Shown: in pieces, positions 1-10,241 of the stretch
Layout: every line of letters begins with the position of its first letter
How positions within the stretch are numbered: the first letter of the stretch is position 1
Assembly (NCBI GenBank): GCA_045863335.1
Contig: BTVY01000007.1
Span: forward strand, 96,001 to 160,000
Length of the DNA stretch: 64,000 bases
Source of the DNA: Candidatus Hydrogenedentota bacterium
GTDB lineage: Bacteria > Hydrogenedentota > Hydrogenedentia > Hydrogenedentales > SLHB01
Direction: 5' to 3'
The notes under the pieces: model-generated
The model's database searches: none
Seen by the model: only the letters and a program-made list of their open reading frames with translations
Told to the model about the DNA's origin: nothing
Made by a program: the position numbers and the translations under genes

Positions 1-2
1 AA

Positions 3-368
3 CGCGCGATACCGGACAAGCTCTATTCCGGGGGCGATGTGTTGGTCATCGAGAATGACGCGGTGTCCTATTCCATTACGGTCGAAGAACTGGCCAGTCA
101 ATACGCCCGGTTTCATGAGTTGCTGAAGTCCGGTTACAGCCGGGATCGGTTTGACGCGGAGAACCTCTCGTTCCACATTGCGCATGAAGTCGGGCTCACC
201 CTGCAGCAGAAAGTGCACCTCCTCTCGATTCCCAAGGAGTCCGAACGGCAACTCATGCTCCTGGAGCATTTGCACACGGTTATTCCGGTGCTGGAAGGCG
301 CCAACGAGACCCGAAAACGGGTCAAAGGGAATGGCCACTTCAAAACCCTGCCGCCACTTGAGTTATAA
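3..368 (+). CDS. Lon protease N-terminal (substrate-binding) domain protein, 5'-truncated by window edge
   Basis: Frame is open from the window start (RAIPDKLYSGGDV...). The C-terminus SFHIAHEVGLTLQQKVHLLSIPKESERQLMLLEHL...GNGHF is typical of stand-alone LON-N proteins. Confidence 0.7.
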   Translation, partial: RAIPDKLYSGGDVLVIENDAVSYSITVEELASQYARFHELLKSGYSRDRFDAENLSFHIAHEVGLTLQQKVHLLSIPKESERQLMLLEHLHTVIPVLEGANETRKRVKGNGHFKTLPPLEL

Positions 369-469
369 GTTTCGGCACCCTATCGTGTTATCCCATTCTT
401 TGAACGCGCGGCGACCTGTTGATAGACTGATCGACGGGAGGCGAAACCGACGCTTCCCGGAGGTGCAAG

Positions 470-1294
470 ATGAGCGAAACCACCATACGAAGAGCCGCTG
501 TCGCAGGCCAGTTCTATCCGGAAGACCCGGAAGCGCTTCGTCGTGTCACGCTGCACCATATTGAAAGTGCGGACGTGGAACCGGCCCCGGACATGGTAAC
601 TACCATCGTATCCCCCCATGCGGGATTTATGTATTCCGGACCCACGGCCGGCCACGCCTACGCCCGCGTTCGCGGAAAACAGCCGGGGCGAGTGGTATTG
701 CTCGGGTGTTCCCATCGATACTTTATCGATACGGCATCCGTGTTCACACGGGGATCCTTCGAGTGTCCCGCAGGGACCTTTCCCATCGACGAACCTTTCG
801 CGGAAGAACTCGCCAAGGCCCTGGATTCCGAACCGGATGAACCCCACCGTCCCGAACATTCGCTGGAGGTTCAGCTGCCGTTCCTCGCGTGTTCGCTTGG
901 CGTCGTGCCCATTGTTCCGGTCCTGTTCGGCGGGCCCGTACGCGAATGGCACGCGCGCGTGGGCGAACGGCTTGCAACCATGCTCAATCGCGACGACCTC
1001 GTCGTCGCCTCGACAGATCTCTCCCACTACCTGTCCGAGCAAGAGGCGAATGCAATTGACAAGCGGTCCATTGAATCCGTGCTCTCCAAGGACTGGCAAG
1101 CTTTTGCGGAGGGTATCGAACGCCGATCCTGTTCCATGTGCGGCGCGTCGGCCGTAACGGCAGCGATGGTTTGCGCGTTGAACCGGCAGGCCGAGGCATG
1201 GCGCATGCTGGACTATCGAACCAGCGCCGCCGCTTCGGGCGACTATTCACGCGTGGTTGGATACGCCGCGCTGTCCATGGAGCGGGCCGCATGA
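470..1294 (+). CDS. amrB: AmmeMemoRadiSam system protein B (MEMO1 family)
   Basis: Motifs RRAAVAGQFYP, PHAGFMYSG, EHSLEVQLPFL, STDLSHY, MCG and VVGYAA; GGAGG RBS upstream. Confidence 0.92.
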   Translation: MSETTIRRAAVAGQFYPEDPEALRRVTLHHIESADVEPAPDMVTTIVSPHAGFMYSGPTAGHAYARVRGKQPGRVVLLGCSHRYFIDTASVFTRGSFECPAGTFPIDEPFAEELAKALDSEPDEPHRPEHSLEVQLPFLACSLGVVPIVPVLFGGPVREWHARVGERLATMLNRDDLVVASTDLSHYLSEQEANAIDKRSIESVLSKDWQAFAEGIERRSCSMCGASAVTAAMVCALNRQAEAWRMLDYRTSAAASGDYSRVVGYAALSMERAA

Positions 1295-2391
1295 CGGTCC
1301 AGGACGTGTGTGACGCCATCGAACGGCTGGCCCCTCCGGGATTTGCCTACTCCTGGGACCGTGTGGGGCTGAGTTGCGGAACCCCCCAACAGCCCGTGAA
1401 GGGCGCGGTCGTCGCCTTGACCGTGACGCGGGATGTGCTGAACGCCGCGCTGCGGTCCAGGGCCAATCTGATCGTATCGCACCACCCGTTGATCTGGGAA
1501 CCTTTGCGGACGTTGCGCAGGGATGACCCGCACACGGCCCTTTGCCTCGACATCGCGCAAGCGGGCATCGCGTGTTTCGCGGCCCACACCAATCTCGATG
1601 TGGTCCCCGGCGGCGTCAACACAGTCCTGGCGGAACGGCTGGGGCTCACCGATCTCGTTCCCCTCGTTACCGTGCCGCAGGCGGAGCAAATAAAACTGGT
1701 TAGCTTCGTGCCAGAATCTCATTTGGCGGACGTACGCGGCGCGGTGTGCAATGCCGGGGCCGGCGTCATTGGCGAGTACACGCATTGCTCCTTCAGCGCG
1801 CCGGGCGTTGGCACGTTTCTACCGGGCGATAAGGCTCGGCCGTTTTCGGGATTGAAGCATACGGTCAACGAAGAGCCGGAACGGCGTTTCGAGGTGCTGG
1901 TTCCGAAAGCACGGCTGGGGGCGGTACTGGCGGCGTTGGCAAAAGCGCATCCCTACGAGGAGCCCGCCTACGACGTCGTTCCGCTTGACGGTTCGGATCG
2001 GTCGATTTCACTCGGGCTAAAAGGTATGCTCCGCCGGGAACTGACGTTGAACCGGTTCGCCTCGCATGTGCGGCAGACACTTGACGTCAGCCACGTCCGC
2101 GTTGTCGGCGAAGGCAACCGGAAGATCCGCCGCGTGGGAGTCCTCGGGGGCGCTGGGGGAAGCGAAGTTGGTTCCATACCGTCAGACGTGGATGTCCTCG
2201 TGACGGGGGATGTGGATTATCACGATGCCTTGAACGCGCAGGACCGCAATTTGTGTGTTGTGGATGCGGGTCACGTGGGAACCGAGAAGTGGATTGTACC
2301 CGCGCTGGTACGATTCCTGGAAGCAGAGTTTCCGAAACTGAAGGTTGCGGGGTATGACGAACCGGATCCTTTTCGCGTCGTCACGAAGTAA
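1291..2391 (+). CDS. Nif3-like dinuclear metal centre hexameric protein with PII-like (YqfO-type) insertion
   Basis: WDRVGL, SHHPLIW, HTNLD, GAGVIGEYTHCSF, AHPYEEPAYD, TGDVDYH and DAGHVGTE motifs. ATG 1291 overlaps the amrB stop (ATGA). Confidence 0.92.
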   Translation: MTVQDVCDAIERLAPPGFAYSWDRVGLSCGTPQQPVKGAVVALTVTRDVLNAALRSRANLIVSHHPLIWEPLRTLRRDDPHTALCLDIAQAGIACFAAHTNLDVVPGGVNTVLAERLGLTDLVPLVTVPQAEQIKLVSFVPESHLADVRGAVCNAGAGVIGEYTHCSFSAPGVGTFLPGDKARPFSGLKHTVNEEPERRFEVLVPKARLGAVLAALAKAHPYEEPAYDVVPLDGSDRSISLGLKGMLRRELTLNRFASHVRQTLDVSHVRVVGEGNRKIRRVGVLGGAGGSEVGSIPSDVDVLVTGDVDYHDALNAQDRNLCVVDAGHVGTEKWIVPALVRFLEAEFPKLKVAGYDEPDPFRVVTK

Positions 2392-2406
2392 ACAGAAGGA
2401 CCTTCT

Positions 2407-3873
2407 ATGTCCGGACCATTGAATATCCTTTACGTCAGTTCCGAAGTGGTGCCCTTCGTGAAGACGGGCGGGTTGGCCGACGTTTCCGAGGCGCTCCCGC
2501 GCGCGCTTCGCGCACAGGGGCACGACGTGCGAATCGCCATGCCCTGTTACGGCACCATTCCGGACGCGCTCAAGGGTGAGCGTTCGGGTCCGTGCTCGGC
2601 GCGCGTGAACGGGGATACCCGCTTTGCCGCGTGGCGCACCTCGAAACTGCCGGATTCCGACATCCCGGTCTATCTCATCGAACACGACCAGTATTTCTGG
2701 CGCGATCACCCCTACGGCGCAGGCAATATGGAGTATCCCGACAATCTGGAACGGTTCTGTTTCTTCTGTCTGGCCGTACTGGATTTCATCCCCCAGACGG
2801 GTTGGGTGCCCGACGTAATTCATTGTCACGACTGGCACACCGCTCCCATTCCCGCGTATATCAAGACCCGCTTCGTCGACCATCCATTCTGGGGTGGAAT
2901 TCCGACGGTGTTCACCATCCACAACCTGGCGTACCAGGGACGCTTCGCTTCGTCGCTGCTCCCGAAGACGGGTTTGGGCTGGGAACTGTTCTCGCCCAAG
3001 TACCTCGAGTTCTACGGCGACATCAATCTCATGAAGGGGGGCGTGATATTCGCGTCCAAGCTAAATACGGTCAGCAAAACCTATGCGAAGGAGATCCAGA
3101 CCGACCTTGCGGGAAACGGCCTGGAAGGCGTGCTCCGAACACGCGCTACAGATCTGATCGGCATTCAGAACGGCGTCGACCTTGGCGTGTGGAATCCGGT
3201 GACCGATCGCCGCATCGCCGCGACATACAGCGCCGACGACCTGGCCGGCAAGACAGCGTGCAAACCCGCACTCCAGAAACTTGCTCAACTTCCCGTTCGC
3301 GAAGTCCCTGTTTATGGCGTGGTGTCGCGCCTCGTGTGGGACAAGGGCATCCCGTTGCTGGTATCCACCCTGGAACAAATGTTGAAAGAGGACATCCAAC
3401 TCATCCTGCTAGGGTCCGGCGACGCGAGCTTCGAGGGAGCGCTGCGCCAGACCGCTCAGGCACACCCGGATAAGTTGTCGGTGACCATCGGATATGACGA
3501 GGATCTCGCGCACCAGATCTACGCGGGCTGTGACTTCTACCTGATGCCGTCGCGCACAGAACCCTGCGGATTGAGCCAGATGTACAGCATGCTCTACGGG
3601 ACGGTGCCTATCGTCCATCACACGGGAGGGCTTGCGGACACGGTCACGGATGCGACAGCCAAAAACCTGACCAACGACACGGCGACCGGGTTCGCATTCC
3701 GCACGTGGACCGATCGCGCGTTTCTGAATGCGTTCAAACGCGCCCAGAGAACCTATCGCGATACAGAGACGTTGGCAATGCTCCGCCGGAACGGGATGCG
3801 GCAGGACTTTTCGTGGAGCAGTTCCGCGAAGCAATACGTGCAACTGTTCAGGGAGGCGATGGCCGCGCCGTGA
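2407..3873 (+). CDS. glgA: Glycogen synthase (GT5)
   Basis: KTGGLADV, HCHDWHT, FTIHNLAYQG, NGVD, MPSRTEPCGLSQMYS and TGGLADTV motifs. Confidence 0.96.
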   Translation: MSGPLNILYVSSEVVPFVKTGGLADVSEALPRALRAQGHDVRIAMPCYGTIPDALKGERSGPCSARVNGDTRFAAWRTSKLPDSDIPVYLIEHDQYFWRDHPYGAGNMEYPDNLERFCFFCLAVLDFIPQTGWVPDVIHCHDWHTAPIPAYIKTRFVDHPFWGGIPTVFTIHNLAYQGRFASSLLPKTGLGWELFSPKYLEFYGDINLMKGGVIFASKLNTVSKTYAKEIQTDLAGNGLEGVLRTRATDLIGIQNGVDLGVWNPVTDRRIAATYSADDLAGKTACKPALQKLAQLPVREVPVYGVVSRLVWDKGIPLLVSTLEQMLKEDIQLILLGSGDASFEGALRQTAQAHPDKLSVTIGYDEDLAHQIYAGCDFYLMPSRTEPCGLSQMYSMLYGTVPIVHHTGGLADTVTDATAKNLTNDTATGFAFRTWTDRAFLNAFKRAQRTYRDTETLAMLRRNGMRQDFSWSSSAKQYVQLFREAMAAP

Positions 3874-4346
3874 GCAACTCGAGCGTGGTGCTGACAACGC
3901 GGTCTCCCGAGGAGACGGAGCGGCTGGGAGAAGCGCTGGCGCGGCTTATGCCGACTGGCGGGACGGTCGCGCTGCGGGGTGAACTGGCTTCAGGAAAGAC
4001 CTGTTTCGTCCGCGGCATGGCCCGTGCGGTTGCCGACGATCCTTCCATACACAGCCCCACGTTCACGTTAATCAATGAGTATGGTTCGGCGCGCAAACTC
4101 TTTCACCTGGACCTGTATCGACTGGGGTCTATAGACGAGGTTGCCGAACTCGGCGTGGAAGAGTTGTTCGACAGCGCCAGCATCTGCGCCGTGGAATGGG
4201 CGGAACGCGCGGAGCTTCTATTGCCGGCTAAACGCGTAGATGTACATTTCGACCATGCGGGAGAGGATCGGCGGACGATTGAAATCGGCGACCGCGGATT
4301 ACTTGCCCCGGGCTGGCGTGAGACCATTCGCGATTTACAGGTTTAG
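3870..4346 (+). CDS. tsaE: tRNA threonylcarbamoyladenosine biosynthesis ATPase TsaE
   Basis: GELASGKT Walker A, SPTFTLINEY, HLDLYRL and VEWAE motifs. GTG start overlaps the glgA stop. Confidence 0.93.
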   Translation: MSNSSVVLTTRSPEETERLGEALARLMPTGGTVALRGELASGKTCFVRGMARAVADDPSIHSPTFTLINEYGSARKLFHLDLYRLGSIDEVAELGVEELFDSASICAVEWAERAELLLPAKRVDVHFDHAGEDRRTIEIGDRGLLAPGWRETIRDLQV

Positions 4347-6659
4347 CGCGCGCAGCTCGGTCATGAGTTCGCGAATCGTCTGGTAGCGGTCTTCCGGCTT
4401 CTTGGCAATCGCTTTCGTCACAATCGCGTCCAGTTCAGGGGAAACTCCTTCGACGGTCTGGCCGGGGGGCGGCGGCATCTCGTTGAGCTGCCGTTCCAGC
4501 ACGTTCTCGCCAAGAAATGCCGTCTCGCCGGTCAAGCACTCGTGGAGAACCAATCCCAGCGAATACACGTCGCTCCGCGCATCTGCGTCCTTGCCCAGCA
4601 CTTGTTCGGGCGACATGTAGCTCGGCGTACCCATGACGACGCCGGTGCGGGTCATGCGGGAGTCCTCCGCCTTGGCAAGCCCGAAGTCGGTCAGCTTCAC
4701 GAGACCGCCTTTGGCGAGGAGAATGTTGTCCGGCTTAATGTCACGATGAACGATGCCGGCTTCGTGTATGGCCGCCAGCGCGCTGCAAGCCTGCACGATG
4801 ACATTTGCCGCTTCCTTGGGCTTCAGTTTGCCGCGCTGGCTGAGGTACTTGTGCAGGCTGGGCCCGTCGATGTACTCCATGGCGATGTATGCCTTGCCCA
4901 CGCTCGCGCTGATATCGTAGATGCTGATGATGTTCGGGTGGGCGATCTTTGCCGCCGTGCGCGCTTCCCGCACGAATCGTTCGCGGTACTCTTCGGAACT
5001 GTCTATCAGACTGCCGAGAAACTTCAACGCGACGGGTCGATCGAGCTGACTGTCCCGCGCAAGATACACGACTCCCATACCGCCGCGGCCCAACTCCCGT
5101 TCGAGGGTATAGCGCCCGCCCAGGGTGGACTCAACGGATTCCATGACGCGTGTGGCGGCGGCCGATCCCTCCACGCCCACGGTTGGAGCGCTGGTCGACA
5201 TGCCGCCCGGACTGGCGAGGTGGTGGGACGCGTGAGCGCTCATCGAGATTCGGGAAGAGATATTCGAGATGCGGTCCGACACGTCGCGGAATCCCACGTT
5301 GACGGTGCGAATCTTGTAGAGGATTTCTCGTGACTCATCCAGCTTACCAAGCTGTTCGTACGCGAGGGCGAGCATGTAGAAATAGTCCACGTTCTGGGAA
5401 TCGACGCGCTTGCCCGTGAGGTGGTTGTCCAACGCGGCGGCGCAGTGGGCGTAATCGCGCAGCTCGTAGAAACTACGCCCAAGCAAGGCGCGCGACTGAT
5501 CGAAGTTCGGATGGTTATCCGGGACCCGCTGCAGCACCTTGATCGCCTGCTCGAAGCGCGCCGCGTGTGCGTACGAAACCCCGGCGCGATAAAATTCTCC
5601 GGCCCGCTCAAAGCATTCGGCCGATCGAACCGCGTCGGCCGCTTTGGCCCACATTTCGCCCGCGTTGAGGAAGTCGCCGGCCTGCGCGTAGGCCGCCGCA
5701 GACTCTTTCCAATTTCCTTTCATCTGGTGGTACCGGCCCACGATGCGCGCGGCATCCTTATCTTTCCCCGCCTGCTTCATGCATTGGGCCGCTTCCTCGA
5801 GCTTGCCCGCGAGGAGGTATACCTCGCCCGCCTGCGAAAGATCGCCGCCCTCTTTGAACAGGGCGGCCGCCTGGTCATACCGCTTGGCCAGCTTCAGGCG
5901 CGCGGCGATCGCGGGCAGCAGCGCGTTGCGCTTGTCGGTGGGTACTTTCGACTTGCCGGGTTCCGTGCTCAGCATCTTGTAGCACTCATCGGCCGCGGCG
6001 ACTTGGGCATCGACCGCGTCGGGGGGATTGGCAAAGTACGTCGCGTAGACGTCGGCCGCCTCGCCAAAGTTTTTCGCCGCAGCGAAAGACGCCGCGGCGA
6101 GCGCGTTATTGCCTCCTCGCACGTAGGCCTTGGCGGCGTCCACGTGTTTACCAGACTCGCTGAAGAGTCGCGCGGCGTTGCTGAAATCCCGTTCCTTGAG
6201 CAGAAGCTTGGCCGCCTTTCGCTTGTTGCCGGCCTTAGCCAGTTCCATGGCGGACGCGCGGTTACGTCCCGCCTTGCGCAGGAGTTTCGCCGCTTCCTTG
6301 TGGCGGCCTGCCGACGCGTAGAGTTCGCCGGCCCCAGCGTAATCGCGCGCCTTCTTCAATCGCGCGGCCGTCTCATCCAAATCTTCACCGGGTTTAAGGC
6401 GTACGGTGGGCTCTCCCTGTTGGGCAGCTTCCAAAGCACGCACCTCGTCCGGATCGACGAGGAGGCTGTCCCGCCCCCGGTGGCGAATGAACGAGCGGAT
6501 CTTACCGATTGCGGAGAGAATGATGTACAGGGCCAGGAGCGCGAGGATGAGTTTCGCGAAAAAGACGATGAGCGGTGAGAGTTCTATTCCGGTAAACCGC
6601 TGAAAAAGCGCGATGGGGACATTCAGAAGCGTGTTCCAAAGATAGGAGAGAAAGCCCAT
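4335..6659 (-). CDS. Membrane-anchored TPR/alpha-solenoid repeat protein with C-terminal Hanks-type Ser/Thr kinase
   Basis: N-terminal hydrophobic helix, many A..Y/F..AG helical repeats, and kinase motifs LGRGGMGVVY, VALK, HRDIKPDN, DFGLA and GTPSYMSPEQ. Confidence 0.92.
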   Translation of the reverse strand: MGFLSYLWNTLLNVPIALFQRFTGIELSPLIVFFAKLILALLALYIILSAIGKIRSFIRHRGRDSLLVDPDEVRALEAAQQGEPTVRLKPGEDLDETAARLKKARDYAGAGELYASAGRHKEAAKLLRKAGRNRASAMELAKAGNKRKAAKLLLKERDFSNAARLFSESGKHVDAAKAYVRGGNNALAAASFAAAKNFGEAADVYATYFANPPDAVDAQVAAADECYKMLSTEPGKSKVPTDKRNALLPAIAARLKLAKRYDQAAALFKEGGDLSQAGEVYLLAGKLEEAAQCMKQAGKDKDAARIVGRYHQMKGNWKESAAAYAQAGDFLNAGEMWAKAADAVRSAECFERAGEFYRAGVSYAHAARFEQAIKVLQRVPDNHPNFDQSRALLGRSFYELRDYAHCAAALDNHLTGKRVDSQNVDYFYMLALAYEQLGKLDESREILYKIRTVNVGFRDVSDRISNISSRISMSAHASHHLASPGGMSTSAPTVGVEGSAAATRVMESVESTLGGRYTLERELGRGGMGVVYLARDSQLDRPVALKFLGSLIDSSEEYRERFVREARTAAKIAHPNIISIYDISASVGKAYIAMEYIDGPSLHKYLSQRGKLKPKEAANVIVQACSALAAIHEAGIVHRDIKPDNILLAKGGLVKLTDFGLAKAEDSRMTRTGVVMGTPSYMSPEQVLGKDADARSDVYSLGLVLHECLTGETAFLGENVLERQLNEMPPPPGQTVEGVSPELDAIVTKAIAKKPEDRYQTIRELMTELRALNL

Positions 6660-6740
6660 GTAACATTCCCCGTTGTGACTGAGCAACCGGCCTTGCGCAC
6701 ATATACTACGTCATGGACCTGCGAGCAACAACTTTAACAC

Positions 6741-9065
6741 TCAGCCGGCCATTGCGTCGCTTTCGGAGGTCTCCATGCGAAGCAAGTCGAATCGCGGATC
6801 GTTCTTCAGGCGACGCCAGACGCGAATGGGGTTGATGGCAACAGCCACGCCAAGTTCCTCACGGGCTGCGGCCAGTTCTCCAAGCTGGGTAAGCACGGCG
6901 GCGCTTTCGCAGAGCGCTTCCACGTCTCCTCGAGCCACATGCGCTTCCCGCGCAATCCGGTAACCGTCGGCGAGGACCTGCAATTCTTCAAATTCCCACA
7001 AGTCCTCGATTAGCCGCTTCTGCACGTTCGGGTTTGCCGCGGGCAACTCACCGCCCATGCTGGAAACGAAGGCCTCCGCCAGGGCGTTCCGGGTCAAGTC
7101 CTCCTGGATGGCATCGCCCAAGTCGCCCACAGGGTCTGGGCCGGGCATATTGAGAAGGTATTGCTCCACATAGACAATGGCTTGCTCGCGGTCGCCAGCC
7201 CGAGCCGCTGCGCGGGCGGACGCCAGCCAGGGCACCGCGTCGTCCCCCCGAATTCGGCGCGCCAGTTCGGCGGTGTGCGTGGCGGTGCGTATGTCGCCTT
7301 GACGCCGGGAAGCCTCGGACAAAGGCAGCAGCATGGCGGCAACGGTTTGACGAAGTTCAGCATTCCCGGCTGAGTCGTCGAGATCACCGGCATAGTCATC
7401 GATGCGGTCCAGGGAGTGCCGTTGAACCATACCATCCCTGGGAAAAACGAGGACGACCCCGTTTCGCTGCACGCGCGCGGTCAGCCAGGGCGCGGAAACT
7501 CCAACGAAGGCGAACGGGCGTTTGGAAAAATTGTCGCACATCAATTCCCAGATGGCAAGATCGCGCAGATCGCTGCGCGATCCGGCGGAATGGTTCAGCG
7601 CGGCAAGCGCTTGGGGCCGCTCCATGGCCCAACGGTTTAGCGCGTCGATCGGTGGGAAAACCGAATCGATGTTCAACTTCGCGCCCGCGATGGCGTTCAG
7701 CCGGCTCCGATGGCGGGGAGAACTGAGCGCGTCGGCGGAAACAATCGTCACATCGGGCCGAATGGCGCGAGTGACTTGTACGGTTTCGATCAACGTATGG
7801 ATGCGCGCGTCTCCGGTGATCAGGACCGACTCGGGGGGGCAGTCGGCAAGAACCGCCTCGGCGAGGGCGCTCGTGGTTTCCGGGGATTCCGGGGTATAGC
7901 GAGTCCATTGCAGTGCGATGAGTGCCAATCCGAGCACCGCCACGATTCCGACGCGGCGCGGCAGTTGTGCTTCTTTTGGCAAGAGTATCCGCGCCATTCC
8001 AACCAGCCCCCACGCAGCAAAAAGGGCCACGCTCGCCGCGACCATGGCTTGGGCGGCGGACGAATCGGTAAGGACGACCGGGGTTCTCTTTTGATTGGTC
8101 AGTGCCGGGAGAAAGGGGCCCATGGCGAGAAACACGAACGTCCACCCAAGCGCCAGACCGACATGGCGCTGGCCAATTGCGACGATTAAGCCGACCAACG
8201 AAACGGCGAGAATGGGCCATACGAACTCGTCGTTGAGGCGGGCTAGAAAGCCGAATGCAGGCGTTCCGTCGCCAAGAGTTGGATACGGCGTGGCGAGTGC
8301 ATGGGCCAGGAATTCAGCGCGTCCTTCGCCGGCGACCAGGGAATTCCATATTGGCAGTCCGGCTCCTGCGACGAAGCCCACCGCATAGGTAAGGATGATG
8401 ACCCAAGCAGAAGAACGCGCCGCGGCGGAGTGAATCGCCAGTACGGCGAGGATAAGACCGGCAACGCCGAAAACGGGGTCGTTTGCGGACGCGAGTCCGA
8501 TGAGCAACGCGGCCACAAAGAGTGCCGGCAACCGCAGTGGACGAGCGGGCCGGCAGACCACAAAAAACGCCGTCAATGCCAGTGCAACGGTGATTGTGGC
8601 GGGAGAAAAGCCAGTCAGTGTCGTGCGCCATACGGTAGCGCATGAGAATAGCAGCCCCGCCACGCAGCCGCAGAGGACCCGCTCCAGGGAAGGCATGCGC
8701 TCCGCGGTGAGGTTCACGGTTAACGACGCCACCAAGGCGGCAGATAGCGCCCCCAGAAGGAGATTCACGGTGTGCAAGAGATCGAGGAGAGTACCCGGTG
8801 CGAGCGCGCGGCATGTTTCTGCCATCCAGGTGCTGAGGAGTGGGCGGTCATAGACTCCGTGGCCCGGTGCCGCCCAGCCTTGCCACACCCCGGCCGCAAT
8901 TCCACGGTCGTGATGCCAGAAGAGCATGCCTGCGACAGCGGCGAAAACGAGCACCCCTGCCCTGAACGGAAGTCGCCACGCGCGGTCGACGCTGGACAAA
9001 TCCTCGACGTGGCCCGGATGGTCCGGAAGAGTGGACAAGTCCGGCGGTTGTTCCAGGTTGTTCAT
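6741..9065 (-). CDS. Multi-pass membrane protein, distant DUF2723/TMEM260 (GT-C)-like, with C-terminal TPR-like region
   Basis: About 11 TM helices, then a soluble AEAVLADCPPESVLITGD...RPDVTIV segment resembling DUF2723-family proteins, and a helical C-terminus. Confidence 0.55.
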   Translation of the reverse strand: MNNLEQPPDLSTLPDHPGHVEDLSSVDRAWRLPFRAGVLVFAAVAGMLFWHHDRGIAAGVWQGWAAPGHGVYDRPLLSTWMAETCRALAPGTLLDLLHTVNLLLGALSAALVASLTVNLTAERMPSLERVLCGCVAGLLFSCATVWRTTLTGFSPATITVALALTAFFVVCRPARPLRLPALFVAALLIGLASANDPVFGVAGLILAVLAIHSAAARSSAWVIILTYAVGFVAGAGLPIWNSLVAGEGRAEFLAHALATPYPTLGDGTPAFGFLARLNDEFVWPILAVSLVGLIVAIGQRHVGLALGWTFVFLAMGPFLPALTNQKRTPVVLTDSSAAQAMVAASVALFAAWGLVGMARILLPKEAQLPRRVGIVAVLGLALIALQWTRYTPESPETTSALAEAVLADCPPESVLITGDARIHTLIETVQVTRAIRPDVTIVSADALSSPRHRSRLNAIAGAKLNIDSVFPPIDALNRWAMERPQALAALNHSAGSRSDLRDLAIWELMCDNFSKRPFAFVGVSAPWLTARVQRNGVVLVFPRDGMVQRHSLDRIDDYAGDLDDSAGNAELRQTVAAMLLPLSEASRRQGDIRTATHTAELARRIRGDDAVPWLASARAAARAGDREQAIVYVEQYLLNMPGPDPVGDLGDAIQEDLTRNALAEAFVSSMGGELPAANPNVQKRLIEDLWEFEELQVLADGYRIAREAHVARGDVEALCESAAVLTQLGELAAAREELGVAVAINPIRVWRRLKNDPRFDLLRMETSESDAMAG

Positions 9066-9188
9066 CGAATCGTCAACACCCGCTGTATATGGCGCATACC
9101 GCCCTGGGAATGGTCTTCGTGCTGGTGGCGCAGTGGCAATGCGTCCCGAATGACCGAACGCCCCGTTGCCTTGGGAAACGGTAGAATC

Positions 9189-10241
9189 CTACAAGGAAGG
9201 AACAGGTGTCAACTGATCGGTCTCGCTGTAGCACAGATTCTCGAGGGCCGCGAGCACCAGACTTGCCGACCGATCCCAAGAAGCTCCGTCGGCACGTTCG
9301 CGCGCCTGCCTCGCCAAGCGGCGCCGAACGATTTCATCCCGAAACAAGGCGTCCAAAACCTCGGCCAGATGCATCGAATCGCGCGACCGGTGCAAAACCC
9401 CGGTCTCGCCCGCTCGTACGACCTCCCGGCCCTCGGCGGTGTCGGGGCAGACGACGGGAATTCCCAGGTTGGCAAAATCAAGCGCACGCCACTCGCATCC
9501 TTCGCCGCAGTACGCGACCCAGGCGCGTTCCATGTCGTCGATCGGCATCTCATCGGCGCGGACTGGCCCGAGCCAGTGAATACCCTTGGGAAATCCGCGC
9601 GTGGGTCCAACGACCGTGCATTTGAGCGAATTCACTTGCCGGCCGGTGAGTCTGCGTAGGGCGCGCGACAATGGCTGCGCGCCATTCACAAACGCAGCAA
9701 GGGAAGGAGTCTCCGCGGGAGCAATCGGGACACGGTCCGGGTATTCCGTGCATCCAAAGGGCGCCCGGATGATGTGGCGGCTGGGTACCCCCGCCTCGAG
9801 CAATTCCCGCCACGCGAGTTCGGTGGGTGCGACGATTGGGCCGTCCAATGCCCGAAGGCCGGGCGAGAGCTGAAATACTATCGGTACCAGTGGCGTCTTC
9901 GTGTATTTGGCGACGGGGAACGGCCGCCCCGTCACGCAATCCACGATAACGTCGAATTGGCGCAGAACTCCATCCGGGCCCGTCATCCGCGAGAAAAACA
10001 AGCCCGTCATGGCGCGGTAGAGCGCCTTTGCACCGAGACGGGCGATCTGGATGCCGTCCACTTGCTCCAAGGTCTGGCTCTGTGGATGAACCAGGGGTAT
10101 TCCGCCATGGTTCTGGCACAGCCACGCCACGTAATTGCCTTCGGCGGCAACGCGGCGGAACACCTCGTAGACGTATCGTTCGACGCCCGTTGCGCGAGGG
10201 TGTTGCCAATCGCGCGCACACAGGACCAATATCCGAAGCAT
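9189..10241 (-). CDS. Glycosyltransferase family 4-like protein (divergent)
   Basis: MLRILVLCARDWQHPRATGVERYVYEVFRR N-terminus and GIPVVC...REVVRAGETGVL...ASWDRSA C-terminus of the GT-B fold. Catalytic motifs are eroded. Confidence 0.75.
   Translation of the reverse strand: MLRILVLCARDWQHPRATGVERYVYEVFRRVAAEGNYVAWLCQNHGGIPLVHPQSQTLEQVDGIQIARLGAKALYRAMTGLFFSRMTGPDGVLRQFDVIVDCVTGRPFPVAKYTKTPLVPIVFQLSPGLRALDGPIVAPTELAWRELLEAGVPSRHIIRAPFGCTEYPDRVPIAPAETPSLAAFVNGAQPLSRALRRLTGRQVNSLKCTVVGPTRGFPKGIHWLGPVRADEMPIDDMERAWVAYCGEGCEWRALDFANLGIPVVCPDTAEGREVVRAGETGVLHRSRDSMHLAEVLDALFRDEIVRRRLARQARERADGASWDRSASLVLAALENLCYSETDQLTPVPSL

Noticed and set aside
1291-2391. PII-like insertion in Nif3 as a novelty
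   Set aside because: This architecture is known from YqfO-type proteins.
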